Below, piece by piece: positions 40,308-51,625 of a stretch of 64,000 nucleotides of DNA; the stretch's first letter is position 1; each line of letters starts with the position of its first letter. Source of the stretch: Candidatus Nanopelagicales bacterium. Its GTDB lineage: Bacteria; Actinomycetota; Actinomycetes; S36-B12; UBA5976. The stretch lies in contig JAGYJD010000007.1 of assembly GCA_018402365.1 (NCBI GenBank), forward strand, positions 1,929 to 65,928. Reading direction: 5' to 3'. Position numbers and translations under genes: made by a program. The notes under the pieces were generated by a model that was given only the letters and a program-made list of their open reading frames with translations, made no database searches and was not told the DNA's origin.

Positions 40308-41744
40308 GTGAGCCAAATAAATCTTGCCATCGTGCTCGCGGCGGGCGAGGGCAAACGAATGCGCTCAAAGCGGCCCAAGGTTTTGCATGAAATTTGCGGT
40401 GCCCCTTTGGTGGGACATGTGGTGGATGCCGTTTCTGCGCTCGAACCAAGTGAGACCATAGCGGTCTTGGGTAACCAGCGAGAAGAAGTTGAAGCTTGGC
40501 TTAAAGCAAATCACCCGAAAGTTAAATCGGTAATTCAAGAAGAACAGCTCGGTACCGGCCATGCGGTAAAGGTCGCTTTGTCAGAATTAGCTGAAGCGAG
40601 CGGCAAGGTATTAATTGCTCCGGCAGATATGCCATTGATAACGTCCGAGGATTTAGCAAACTTAGCTTTAGCTGCTGCTGATAAAGCTGGTGCGGTTTTG
40701 ACTGCTGAAGTTGAAGTGCCGAGCGGTTATGGCCGGGTGATATCAAAAAATGATTTGGTCTTGGCCATTGTTGAAGATAAAGATGCGGATGATAAAACTT
40801 TAAAAATAACAGAAATAAATACGGGTATTTATATTTTTGAAATCGACAAATTGAAGGCAGCGCTGGCGAGTCTTAAGCAAGATAATAAACAAAATGAATT
40901 TTATCTGACAGACGTAGTTGCCATATTGAATCAACAGGGTGAAAAAGTTGCAAAAACCAAATGCCTAAAAGCTGAGAATGCGCTGGGGGTAAATGATCGT
41001 CAGCAATTAGCGCAAGCTGGTGAAATTATGCAAAAGCGAATAAATAATTTCTGGATGAGTTCAGGAGTTTCAATGCGGAATCCCGCAAATGTGTTTATTG
41101 ATAAGACTGCTTATCTAGAAAGTGATTGCTACTTAGATAACAACACATTTATTTTAGGAAACACTCGTATTTCTGAAGGTGCTGCTATCGGACCAGATAC
41201 CTCTATTACAAATTCAGTAATTGGGCAAAGGGCGAAAGTTTTTTCATCTACCTTGGTTGCGGCAGAGGTTGGTGAAGAGAGTGTGGTTGGTCCATATACC
41301 TTTTTGAGACCTGGAGCGAAGTTAGCAAAAGCCACAAAGGTGGGCGCTTACGTAGAAGTAAAAAATAGTGAAATTGGTGAAGGTTCAAAAGTTCCGCACC
41401 TTTCTTACATTGGCGACGGCAAAATTGGAAAAAACAGCAACGTAGGAGCTGGCACCATTTTTGCTAATTACGACGGTGAGAAAAAAGATCAAACCGTAGT
41501 AGGTGATTTTGTAAAAATAGGTAGCGACAACGTTTTAGTGGCGCCAGTAACTATTGGAGATGGTGCCTATACCGCCGCCGGCAGTGTGATCGTTGAAGAT
41601 GTTGAGCCAGGTGCGATGGGCGTTGCTCGTGGCAAACAGAAAAATGTTTTGGGTTGGGTAAAAAGAAAAAGACCCAATAGCAAAGCGGCAGAGGCCGCAG
41701 AGCGCGCCCAAAAACAAGATTCCACAAGTGAGCCGACAGAATAA
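40308..41744 (+). CDS. glmU: Bifunctional UDP-GlcNAc pyrophosphorylase/GlcN-1-P acetyltransferase
   Basis: LAAGEGKRMRS..PKVLH, LGTGHAV, hexapeptide repeats and KVPHLSYIGD. Confidence 0.96.
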   Translation: MSQINLAIVLAAGEGKRMRSKRPKVLHEICGAPLVGHVVDAVSALEPSETIAVLGNQREEVEAWLKANHPKVKSVIQEEQLGTGHAVKVALSELAEASGKVLIAPADMPLITSEDLANLALAAADKAGAVLTAEVEVPSGYGRVISKNDLVLAIVEDKDADDKTLKITEINTGIYIFEIDKLKAALASLKQDNKQNEFYLTDVVAILNQQGEKVAKTKCLKAENALGVNDRQQLAQAGEIMQKRINNFWMSSGVSMRNPANVFIDKTAYLESDCYLDNNTFILGNTRISEGAAIGPDTSITNSVIGQRAKVFSSTLVAAEVGEESVVGPYTFLRPGAKLAKATKVGAYVEVKNSEIGEGSKVPHLSYIGDGKIGKNSNVGAGTIFANYDGEKKDQTVVGDFVKIGSDNVLVAPVTIGDGAYTAAGSVIVEDVEPGAMGVARGKQKNVLGWVKRKRPNSKAAEAAERAQKQDSTSEPTE

Positions 41745-41774
41745 GGCCACGGTCTACGAAAGGGTGCGAAGCTT

Positions 41775-42764
41775 TTGGCAGATATCGAAACTGTAACCAG
41801 TAAACGGTTACTTTTAGTGGCGGGCAGGTCTCACCCTCAATTAGCGGAAGCGGTTAGCCGCGAGCTAGGGGTGGAAATTGCAAAACTCTCAGCTTATGAC
41901 TTTGCCAATGGCGAAATTTTTGTTCGTTTTGAAGAATCGGTTCGTGGTGCGGATGCCTTTGTCCTTCAATCTCACACTGCGCCAATCAACAAATGGATAA
42001 TGGAACAACTTTTAATTGTAGATGCGTTAAGGCGAGCTTCTGCCAGAAGAATTACTGTGATCATGCCTTACTACGGTTATGCGCGACAAGATAAAAAGCA
42101 CAGAGGGCGCGAACCGATTTCTGCTCGTTTGATGGCTGACTTGTTAAAGACTGCCGGGGCGGACCGAATAATGACTGTTGATTTACACACTGCTCAAATC
42201 CAAGGATTCTTTGATGGCCCGGTAGATCACTTGGTGGCAATTAAAATTTTGGCAGACTACATAAATTCAAAAACTGAAAGAAATAACATTACGGTGGTTT
42301 CACCAGACTCAGGCCGAGTAAGAGTTGCAGAAAAGTGGACAGACATTTTGGGTAGTCCGCTAGCTATCATTCACAAACGCCGTGACCCTGATGTGCCAAA
42401 CGAAGTCAAGATGTTTGAAGTGGTGGGTGACGTTGCTGGAAGAACTTGTGTCTTAGTAGATGACATGATTGATACTGGTGGCACCATTGCAAAAGCAGCC
42501 GAAACACTTTTTGACAATGGGGCAAAAGACGTTATCGTCACCGCTACTCACGGAATTTTGTCAAATGACGCCAACACCAGACTTCAAAATTCTCGTATCT
42601 CTGAGGTGATAGTTACCGATACATTGCCAATCGCAGAAGAGTCAAAGTTTGAAAAACTCACGGTGCTTTCGGTAGCACCCTTACTCGCTACCGCGGTGCT
42701 AGAGGTCTTTAGAGAAGGCTCTGTAACTAGTCTTTTTGATGAAAGGCAACCTTCACTCTTTTAG
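41775..42764 (+). CDS. prs: Ribose-phosphate pyrophosphokinase
   Basis: FANGE, YARQDKK, DLHTAQIQGFF and VDDMIDTGGT motifs. Confidence 0.97.
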   Translation: MADIETVTSKRLLLVAGRSHPQLAEAVSRELGVEIAKLSAYDFANGEIFVRFEESVRGADAFVLQSHTAPINKWIMEQLLIVDALRRASARRITVIMPYYGYARQDKKHRGREPISARLMADLLKTAGADRIMTVDLHTAQIQGFFDGPVDHLVAIKILADYINSKTERNNITVVSPDSGRVRVAEKWTDILGSPLAIIHKRRDPDVPNEVKMFEVVGDVAGRTCVLVDDMIDTGGTIAKAAETLFDNGAKDVIVTATHGILSNDANTRLQNSRISEVIVTDTLPIAEESKFEKLTVLSVAPLLATAVLEVFREGSVTSLFDERQPSLF

Positions 42765-42864
42765 TACCCCTTTAGTGGACGGCTGAGAACCGGTTGGCTA
42801 ATCTTTGAAGGTAATTCGGCGAGGGTAACCATCGCGGTTGCCGTGATCGACGAGGAGTCGAAAA

Positions 42865-43347
42865 ATGAGTTCGAAAAAAGAGACCTTAGTAAAGCTTGAT
42901 GCAGTCAAGCGTGATGAATTTGGTAAAGGTGCTTCACGCAGAGCTAGACGCAGTGGAAACATTCCTGCCGTGATCTACGGAAAGAGCCAAACCCCACTTC
43001 ATATCAATTTAGAAGACCACGCCACCACTTTGGCTTTACGTATCCCGCTAGTAACACTAGAAGTTAATTTAGATGGCCAAACCTTGTTAACCGCACCAAG
43101 AGAAGTGCAAAGAGACCCAATCAAGCGCTCTATCAAGCACGTTGACTTAGTAGTCCTAAATGAAGAACAAGTAAAGATGAGAATGGAAGAAGCCTCTCAC
43201 GCAGAAGAGCGGGCAGCCGCAGAAGTTGCGGCACGTCTAGCTTCAGCAGCTTCAAATGAAATGGATCTCGGTGAAATCGCGCCGGTGGAAGCAAGCGAGG
43301 CAACTGAAGCGGCGACCGGCGAAGAAACTCCCGCTGCCAGCGAGTAG
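42865..43347 (+). CDS. rplY: 50S ribosomal protein bL25 (short form with Ala/Glu-rich tail)
   Basis: GKGASRRARR.G.IPAVIYG and VQRDPIK..I.HVD motifs; between prs and pth. Confidence 0.9.
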   Translation: MSSKKETLVKLDAVKRDEFGKGASRRARRSGNIPAVIYGKSQTPLHINLEDHATTLALRIPLVTLEVNLDGQTLLTAPREVQRDPIKRSIKHVDLVVLNEEQVKMRMEEASHAEERAAAEVAARLASAASNEMDLGEIAPVEASEATEAATGEETPAASE

Positions 43348-43353
43348 TTAATA

Positions 43354-43947
43354 GTGACAGACTCAACTTGGTTAGTCGTTGGTCTGGGAAACATAGACGA
43401 GCAATATCAAAAAACTCGTCACAATGTTGGAGTTATGGCCATTAGACATTTGGCCGAAAGCTTTAATGAAAAGTTTTCTAGACATAAAAAGACTAATTCT
43501 TTTTTAGCACAAGCTAAAGAAGGATCACAAAAAATTCTTATGGCTTATCTCGATTGTTATATGAACGAAAGTGGTGGCCCCACTAAATCGCTAATGCAAT
43601 TTTTTAATGTCTCAGAAGAACATTTAGTTATTTTGCATGATGAGTTAGATCTTGATTTTGAAAATTTAAGAATTAAGTTTGCGGGCGGGGACAATGGCCA
43701 TAACGGACTTAAGTCAATTAGAGCTGCAATTGGTAATGGCGAATTTCATCGGGTGAGATTAGGGATAGGTCGACCAAAGACTCAACAAGATCCAGCATCT
43801 TTTGTCTTAGAAAAATTTAGTCAAAGTGAATCCTCTAAACTTGAAGAATTTTTAGCTGAGAGCACTAGTGCGATTGAAACTTTAATGAGGGATGGATTGA
43901 GTCAAGCGCAAAATCTTTACCATAAAAGAGTTGATCAAAATGAATGA
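43354..43947 (+). CDS. pth: Peptidyl-tRNA hydrolase
   Basis: VGLGN, TRHNVG, YMNESG, HDELD and GHNGLKS motifs. Confidence 0.96.
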   Translation: MTDSTWLVVGLGNIDEQYQKTRHNVGVMAIRHLAESFNEKFSRHKKTNSFLAQAKEGSQKILMAYLDCYMNESGGPTKSLMQFFNVSEEHLVILHDELDLDFENLRIKFAGGDNGHNGLKSIRAAIGNGEFHRVRLGIGRPKTQQDPASFVLEKFSQSESSKLEEFLAESTSAIETLMRDGLSQAQNLYHKRVDQNE

Positions 43948-44701
43948 TTTAGAGATCGCTATTGAAATAGCTCAAGCAGCAGGTAAATTATTAATGCAAG
44001 TTCGGGCCGAGAATCAAGATCTGATTAATACTCGTGAGATTGGAGATCTTGCAGATCAAGCTGCGGAGCAGTTGATTTCTACACAATTAAAAATACATCG
44101 GCCGCAAGATTCAATTCTGAGCGAAGAGGCAATAGATGATTTGAATCGACTTTCAGCAGAGCGAGTTTGGATCGTTGATCCACTTGATGGCACTCGGGAG
44201 TATTCATCAAATCGTGAAGATTTTGCGGTACACATTGCGCTTTGGGAAAAAACTTTTGACCAAGCTCCTTCCCAACTCTCGGTCGGAGTGGTGGCGCTAC
44301 CTGCAACGGGGCAAGTTTTTCACACAGGGGAAACTTTCGATCTAGAAAAGTTAAAGAGTTTTCCGAAGGTAGTTATTTCTAGAACTCGTCCACCAGAAAC
44401 TATGAGTCCGATTTTAGATGCCTTGAAAAATACCTTTGGCGGGGTTGAGACGCTTCCGTTAGGTTCAGTGGGTGCAAAGGTAGCTCAACTAATTATGGGC
44501 AAAGCAGATGTTTATGTGCACACCACAGGTTTTTTTGAGTGGGACGTGGCGGCTCCACTCGCAGTAGCTGCTAAATATGGTTTTCACGTTTCAGATATTT
44601 CAAATTTGCCAATTGAGTTAAACAAAGAAAATACCCGAGTTGAAAATGTTTTGATTTGTCATCCAGACCTAACTGAAACTCTATTAGCAGCTTTGAAATG
44701 A
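43940..44701 (+). CDS. cysQ: 3'(2'),5'-bisphosphate nucleotidase CysQ / inositol monophosphatase family
   Basis: ILSEE, RVWIVDPLDGTREY, GSVGAK and EWDVAAP motifs. Confidence 0.8.
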   Translation: MNDLEIAIEIAQAAGKLLMQVRAENQDLINTREIGDLADQAAEQLISTQLKIHRPQDSILSEEAIDDLNRLSAERVWIVDPLDGTREYSSNREDFAVHIALWEKTFDQAPSQLSVGVVALPATGQVFHTGETFDLEKLKSFPKVVISRTRPPETMSPILDALKNTFGGVETLPLGSVGAKVAQLIMGKADVYVHTTGFFEWDVAAPLAVAAKYGFHVSDISNLPIELNKENTRVENVLICHPDLTETLLAALK

Positions 44702-47700
44702 GCCTTAGCGGTTTAAAAGACTTTATAGCAAATTCGCAGCATTGGCAGACTTCCCGCGACAAAATTTTACAAAGTACAAAACTCTATGTGAATTCGAGTA
44801 ATGGATTCGATAGCTTTTTGGTATCTGATCTTGCCAAGGCAGATGAAAAAAGAAAAATAAGTATGGCAATTTTTTCAACTGATCGGTTGGCAGAGAGATT
44901 TACTAAAGAAATCAATAGCTGGGATTCGACTTTGAGAACGCTGGTTTTTCCAGCGTTAGAGACGCTGCCCCACGAAACCATTCAGCCGACAGCAGAAGTT
45001 GTAGGTAAGCGAAATTATGTCTTACAAAAGCTAAGTTCTGCTTTTGAAGAAAAGTTAGTAATTGCTACTTCTATCGCAGCTCTAATGCAGCCAATTCCTA
45101 AAGAATTAAAAAATACTGAATTTTTGACAATTGAAACTGGCGAGAGTATTGATTTTTTAAAACTAGTCACACAACTGGTTCAGGCGGGTTACCAGCGTGA
45201 AGAATTAGTTCAAGGAAGAGGTGATTTTGCAGTTCGAGGTGGAATTATTGATATTTTTCCGCCACAGTTTGCCCATCCCATAAGAATAGAATTTTTCTCT
45301 GATGAAATTGAAGAAATAAGATTTTTCTCACTCAGCGATCAGCGCACGATCGAAGTGGTGAAATTGAAAGTCGAGATTCCTAGCTTGATTTACCAATCTG
45401 AATCTTATGAGAGTTTCAGTAGTTATTTAACCAAAAATACTAGGATTTACTTTTTTGATCCAGAAAAATTAAAGCGGCGTGCAGAAGATGTAATAAAGAC
45501 AGACCAAGAATTTATCGAAGTTTTTTGGCAAACTCAAGCTGAAGCTAATACTGAAATGAGCAAACTTAATGAACTTCAACTTTTAGAGTTTGAAGAATTA
45601 GAGCAAGATTTTGAGAGTAAAAACTGTAGCATCATCTACTCAACCAGCTTGGCCATTTTTGATGAAAGTAGTGAAATTGAATCAATTGATTTATCGGTTA
45701 AACCAAGTGTTAAGGTTCATAGAAATATACTTGAAAATTTTGAAGACCTTAAAATCCAATTAAGAGAAAAAAATAATTTAGCGGTAGTGGTAGCTGGCGC
45801 AGGTCTCGCGCAAAGAGTATTAGAGCAAGCGAGCGAACTTTCTATTCCGGCAGGAATTCAGAATGAAAATGAATTCACCAAAAATATTCTGAATATTTAT
45901 CAAGCAGAATTGATGAGTGGGTTTGAATATTTGCCGAGTGGATTGAGAGTACTGAATGAAAAAGAGATTTTTGGACAAAAAACTAAAGATAAAGAGGTAG
46001 ATAAATTACCCACTCGTAGAAGAAAACAAATTGATATCTTAACGCTCACACCAGGTGATTTTTTGGTGCACGAACAACATGGAATCGGCAAATATTTAGA
46101 ATTACAAAATCGTAAAACAGCTAATGCGCAAAGAGAATATTTGGTAATCGAATTTGCTGCCACTAAGCGAGGTCAGCCAGCTGATCGACTGTATTTACCC
46201 ACGGATCAACTTGATCAAATTACAAAATATGTGGGTGGTGAATCCCCGGCGCTAAGTAAATTAGGGGGTTCGGATTGGGAAAAAACTAAGGGCCGTGCTC
46301 GCAAGGCAGTAAGACAAATTGCCGCAGAATTAATCAGACTTTATTCAATTAGACAAACAAGTAAAGGTTTTGCATTTTCGCAAGACACTCCTTGGCAAAA
46401 AGAATTAGAAGATGCCTTTGCCTTTGTGGAAACACCGGATCAACTCTCTTCAATTGAAGAAGTAAAAAGAGATATGGAAAAGCCCTTTCCGATGGATCGG
46501 GTAATTGCGGGTGATGTTGGTTATGGAAAAACAGAAATCGCAGTGAGGGCTGCCTTTAAAGCGGCCCAAGATGGAAAGCAAGTAGCGGTATTAGTGCCCA
46601 CTACTTTGTTAGCGCAACAGCACTTTCAAACATTTAGTGACCGTTTTGCGGCTTTTCCTATAAAAACTGCAGTTTTGAGTAGATTTCAAACTAAAAAAGA
46701 AATCACTCTCACGCTTGAAGAAATAAGTTTGGGAAAAGTGGATGTTGTTATTGGGACCCATCGACTTTTGACTCACGATGTTAAATTTAAAGATTTAGGT
46801 TTAGTAGTCGTCGACGAAGAGCAAAGATTTGGTGTGGAGCATAAAGAACATTTGAAAGCTTTAAGAACAAATGTTGATGTGCTTTCTATGAGCGCAACAC
46901 CGATACCGCGTACTTTAGAGATGGCAATTACCGGCATTCGTGAAATGTCAGTAATTCAAACTCCCCCTGAAGAGCGACTACCGATTTTAACTGCGGTAGG
47001 GCCAAGTAATGATCACCAAATTGCGGCAGCAATTAGGCGAGAGCTAATTCGAGATGGACAAGTTTTCTACGTACATAATCGAGTTGAATCAATTGATCGA
47101 CTTGCTAGTAAGTTAAAAGATTTAGTACCTGAGGCTCGGGTTGCCGTAGCGCACGGAAAAATGAATGAAGTCCAGTTAGAGCAAGTTATTTTAGATTTTT
47201 GGGAAAAGAAATTTGATGTCTTAGTTTCGACCACCATAGTTGAATCAGGCTTAGATATTCCAAATGCGAATACATTGATAGTAGATCGGGCTGACACTTT
47301 TGGCCTTTCGCAATTGCACCAAATCAGAGGAAGAGTAGGTCGGGGAAGAGACAGAGCTTACGCTTATTTCTTATTTGATCCTAAAAAGACAATTACCGAA
47401 ACCGCTCATGAAAGATTAAAAACGATTGCACAAAATACTGAGCTTGGCTCGGGTATGGCAGTAGCGATGAAAGATTTAGAGATTAGAGGTGCCGGAAATA
47501 TTTTGGGACAACAACAGTCCGGTCATATTGCTGAGGTGGGATTTGATCTTTACGTACGGCTGATTTCTGAAGCAATTTCTAAAGCTAAAGGTGAAGAAGA
47601 GGTAAGTCACGAAGAATTAAGAATCGAATTAGGAATTGAAGCATATATTCCAGAAAGCTTTATCTCGCATGAAAGATTACGACTTGAGGCCTATAAGTCA

Positions 47701-48039
47701 CTTTCAGAAATTCAAAGCACTCAGGAGTTAGCAGATTTTATAAAGCAATTAACAGATCGTTACGGAAGCTATCCGCCAGAAGTAGGTCGCTTGATAGAGG
47801 TCGCCAGCCTTAGAATTCTTGCGCGAAAAGCTAATTTGTCTGAAGTGATATTAACTAATAACAAGATAAAATTTGCTCCAGTTTTGTTGCCTGATTCAAG
47901 GTCGGTTCGTTTATCGCGGCTATATCCAGGCTCAGTCATTCGTCCTGCGGTTAGAGCAATTTTGGTTCCTGCGCCAGGCAATGGCTCGATAATCCCATGG
48001 GTGCAAGAGGTAATAACCTCAGTAATATTAGAGCAATAA
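44698..48039 (+). CDS. mfd: Transcription-repair coupling factor
   Basis: FAVRGGIIDIF, VHEQHGIG, GDVGYGKTE, DEEQRFG, SATPIPRTL and QIRGRVGR motifs plus TRCF domain. Confidence 0.97.
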   Translation: MSLSGLKDFIANSQHWQTSRDKILQSTKLYVNSSNGFDSFLVSDLAKADEKRKISMAIFSTDRLAERFTKEINSWDSTLRTLVFPALETLPHETIQPTAEVVGKRNYVLQKLSSAFEEKLVIATSIAALMQPIPKELKNTEFLTIETGESIDFLKLVTQLVQAGYQREELVQGRGDFAVRGGIIDIFPPQFAHPIRIEFFSDEIEEIRFFSLSDQRTIEVVKLKVEIPSLIYQSESYESFSSYLTKNTRIYFFDPEKLKRRAEDVIKTDQEFIEVFWQTQAEANTEMSKLNELQLLEFEELEQDFESKNCSIIYSTSLAIFDESSEIESIDLSVKPSVKVHRNILENFEDLKIQLREKNNLAVVVAGAGLAQRVLEQASELSIPAGIQNENEFTKNILNIYQAELMSGFEYLPSGLRVLNEKEIFGQKTKDKEVDKLPTRRRKQIDILTLTPGDFLVHEQHGIGKYLELQNRKTANAQREYLVIEFAATKRGQPADRLYLPTDQLDQITKYVGGESPALSKLGGSDWEKTKGRARKAVRQIAAELIRLYSIRQTSKGFAFSQDTPWQKELEDAFAFVETPDQLSSIEEVKRDMEKPFPMDRVIAGDVGYGKTEIAVRAAFKAAQDGKQVAVLVPTTLLAQQHFQTFSDRFAAFPIKTAVLSRFQTKKEITLTLEEISLGKVDVVIGTHRLLTHDVKFKDLGLVVVDEEQRFGVEHKEHLKALRTNVDVLSMSATPIPRTLEMAITGIREMSVIQTPPEERLPILTAVGPSNDHQIAAAIRRELIRDGQVFYVHNRVESIDRLASKLKDLVPEARVAVAHGKMNEVQLEQVILDFWEKKFDVLVSTTIVESGLDIPNANTLIVDRADTFGLSQLHQIRGRVGRGRDRAYAYFLFDPKKTITETAHERLKTIAQNTELGSGMAVAMKDLEIRGAGNILGQQQSGHIAEVGFDLYVRLISEAISKAKGEEEVSHEELRIELGIEAYIPESFISHERLRLEAYKSLSEIQSTQELADFIKQLTDRYGSYPPEVGRLIEVASLRILARKANLSEVILTNNKIKFAPVLLPDSRSVRLSRLYPGSVIRPAVRAILVPAPGNGSIIPWVQEVITSVILEQ

Positions 48040-48040
48040 T

Positions 48041-48667
48041 TTGAAAAGGAAATTAGTGAAAAAATCTCTCAGCCGCGCAGTGTCAGTCTTATTGATTGGT
48101 TTTCTATTACTTGGTTGCAGTACGCAAAATCCAGGAACCGCTGCCTATGTTGGTGAAAAAAGAATTCTCGTCTCTGAGCTAGATACTTATTTAATCGAAT
48201 TAAGAGAGATTGTTCCCATCGAAACGAACGATGAGGGTAGTACTCAAATCAGGACAATTTTAGCGCTAATAATTATTGGTGAAATTATCGAAACCGCACA
48301 ACGCAATACCGAGGCGCAGGTGGATCAGAATCTAGTTGCGGGGGATTACCAAGCTTTAGAGCAAGATGTGGGCGGCAAAGAAGCTCTTGATTTATTTGCA
48401 GCGAATAGAGATGTGCCACCATCCTTGATTTATAAAGTCCTTGAGCAGAATCGAATAATCGAAGCGGTCGGTGTCTTACTTGCACCAGACGGAACTCCGG
48501 CAGATCAGAACAATGAAGCGAGTGCTTATATTTTAGATTTAGCTGGGCAAATCGAGATAACTGTAAACCCTCGTTATGGTTCTTGGAATTCAACTGATGG
48601 GTCGATTTCTCCGCCAGCAAATGTTCTCAGTGAACCAGCTTTTACAGTTGACTCTGGTTTAAATTAA
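48041..48667 (+). CDS. Lipoprotein with SurA N-terminal-like domain
   Basis: Lipobox LLGC, PG.AAYVG and VNPRYG.W; sits between mfd and mazG. Confidence 0.75.
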   Translation: MKRKLVKKSLSRAVSVLLIGFLLLGCSTQNPGTAAYVGEKRILVSELDTYLIELREIVPIETNDEGSTQIRTILALIIIGEIIETAQRNTEAQVDQNLVAGDYQALEQDVGGKEALDLFAANRDVPPSLIYKVLEQNRIIEAVGVLLAPDGTPADQNNEASAYILDLAGQIEITVNPRYGSWNSTDGSISPPANVLSEPAFTVDSGLN

Positions 48668-48673
48668 AAATAA

Positions 48674-49336
48674 ATGCCTAAAGCTGAAGATTTTCAAAAT
48701 CGTGGGCTGGAAGGCTTAGTTAGTTTGATGGATCTTTTGCGAAGTCCAGGAGGGTGCCCTTGGGACGCAGAGCAAACTCATGAATCTCTTGGCGAATATT
48801 TACTGGAAGAGACCTATGAACTACTCGATGTACTTGGTTCTAAAGATAAAGAAGCGCTAAAAGAAGAATTAGGTGATTTATTATTACAAGTAGTATTTCA
48901 TGCTCGAATTGCTTCTGAAGATAAAGTTGCTGGTTTTGATTTAGAACAGGTAGCAAATGATTTAATAACAAAATTAGTTTCTCGTCACCCTCATGTTTTT
49001 GACAAACAGCAAGATTTAAAGCCCGAAGCAGTAAAAAATAATTGGGAAAAATTAAAAGCAAAAGAAAAAAATAGAACTCATGCCTTTGAGGGGGTGCCAA
49101 GACAGCTTCCTGCACTTTTATTTGCTAGTAAAATTTTAGTTAGATTAGAAAAATATCAACCAGATTTTTCAACTCAAGTCTCGAGCAAAGTTGAAGAATT
49201 GATTGAAGAGAATGCAACCGACGCCGAATTGGGGCAAATCTTGCTAGAAGTTGTCAAAAGGAGTAAAGACTTAGGGCTGGAGCCTGAAATAGCCTTGCGA
49301 AACGCGGTATTGAGGTTGGATTCGCAAGAAAAGTAA
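48674..49336 (+). CDS. mazG: Nucleoside triphosphate pyrophosphohydrolase MazG
   Basis: LRSPGGCPWDAEQTHESL, EELGDLLLQVVFH and RHPHVF motifs. Confidence 0.93.
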   Translation: MPKAEDFQNRGLEGLVSLMDLLRSPGGCPWDAEQTHESLGEYLLEETYELLDVLGSKDKEALKEELGDLLLQVVFHARIASEDKVAGFDLEQVANDLITKLVSRHPHVFDKQQDLKPEAVKNNWEKLKAKEKNRTHAFEGVPRQLPALLFASKILVRLEKYQPDFSTQVSSKVEELIEENATDAELGQILLEVVKRSKDLGLEPEIALRNAVLRLDSQEK

Positions 49337-49361
49337 TAAATTCTTCTTCGGTAAGATATGA

Positions 49362-50666
<1,305 letters not shown>

Positions 50667-50672
50667 CAGAGT

Positions 50673-51131
50673 TTGGCTTCTCGCGGACCCTCCCTTCAAC
50701 CCCGAGCCTTGATCTTTATTGTGGCGCTGATGGTCTTGGTATTGATGTTGGCTGCTCCCTTTAGAAATTTAATGGCACAGCGCGAAGAGATTAATAAACT
50801 CAAGGCACAAGTTGAACTCGCAAACCAGCAAGTAGAAATTCTAGAAGCTGCAAAAATTAAATGGAACGATCAGCAATTCGTTGCGGCGCAAGCGCGGGCA
50901 AGATTGCATTATGTGCTGCCGGGTGAGATCGCCTTTACTGTGATTGGCTTAGATGGCGAACTAGCTGAAGTTGAAGACGAAGAGTCGCCCACCGCTTGGC
51001 TCGGTCAGCAGCCTGAAGCAAACACTTGGTATAAAAAACTGTTACTTTCTTGGCAAGCAGCAGATAAAGGAATTGAAGATTTGGATGAATTGATCCAACC
51101 TGAACCAATTAGAGCTAACGCACCGCGGTGA
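50673..51131 (+). CDS. Septum formation initiator (FtsB/DivIC family)
   Basis: TM plus coiled coil plus QARARL.YV.PGE; directly after eno. Confidence 0.85.
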   Translation: MASRGPSLQPRALIFIVALMVLVLMLAAPFRNLMAQREEINKLKAQVELANQQVEILEAAKIKWNDQQFVAAQARARLHYVLPGEIAFTVIGLDGELAEVEDEESPTAWLGQQPEANTWYKKLLLSWQAADKGIEDLDELIQPEPIRANAPR

Positions 51132-51625
51132 ACATTTCACAATTAGACCTAGAAAAAATAAAAGTACAGCTAGGCAGACCACCCAGAGATTTAGTTGAAG
51201 TAGCTTTTAGGGGTAGCTGTGGAAACCCTGCAGTTGTTAAAACTAAACCACGCCTGGCAGATGGCACTCCCTTTCCAACACTTTTTTACTTAACCTGTCC
51301 GCAATTAAATTCTCGGCTAGGTACATTAGAGTCGACTGGTTTTATGAAAGAGTTAGAAGCCCAATTAAATTCTGATCAAAAATTGAAAGATAATTACCAA
51401 AATGCCCATCAGAATTATATTTTTGAAAGAGAGAACATTGAACAGGTTGAGGAAATTTCTGAAGTTAGTGCAGGTGGTATGCCAAATCGAGTTAAATGTT
51501 TGCACTCTCTCGCCGCCCACTCGTTAGCTAAAGGTAGGGGCGAGAATTTAATTGGGGATGCAGTATTAGAAAAAATTGGCGAATGGTGTCAGAATTCTTG
51601 CATTAAAGATGAGGATCTAATTTGA
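51128..51625 (+). CDS. DUF501 family protein
   Basis: QLGR.PR, PRL.DGTPFPTL.YLT and GGMP.RVKCLH motifs. Confidence 0.9.
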   Translation: MNISQLDLEKIKVQLGRPPRDLVEVAFRGSCGNPAVVKTKPRLADGTPFPTLFYLTCPQLNSRLGTLESTGFMKELEAQLNSDQKLKDNYQNAHQNYIFERENIEQVEEISEVSAGGMPNRVKCLHSLAAHSLAKGRGENLIGDAVLEKIGEWCQNSCIKDEDLI

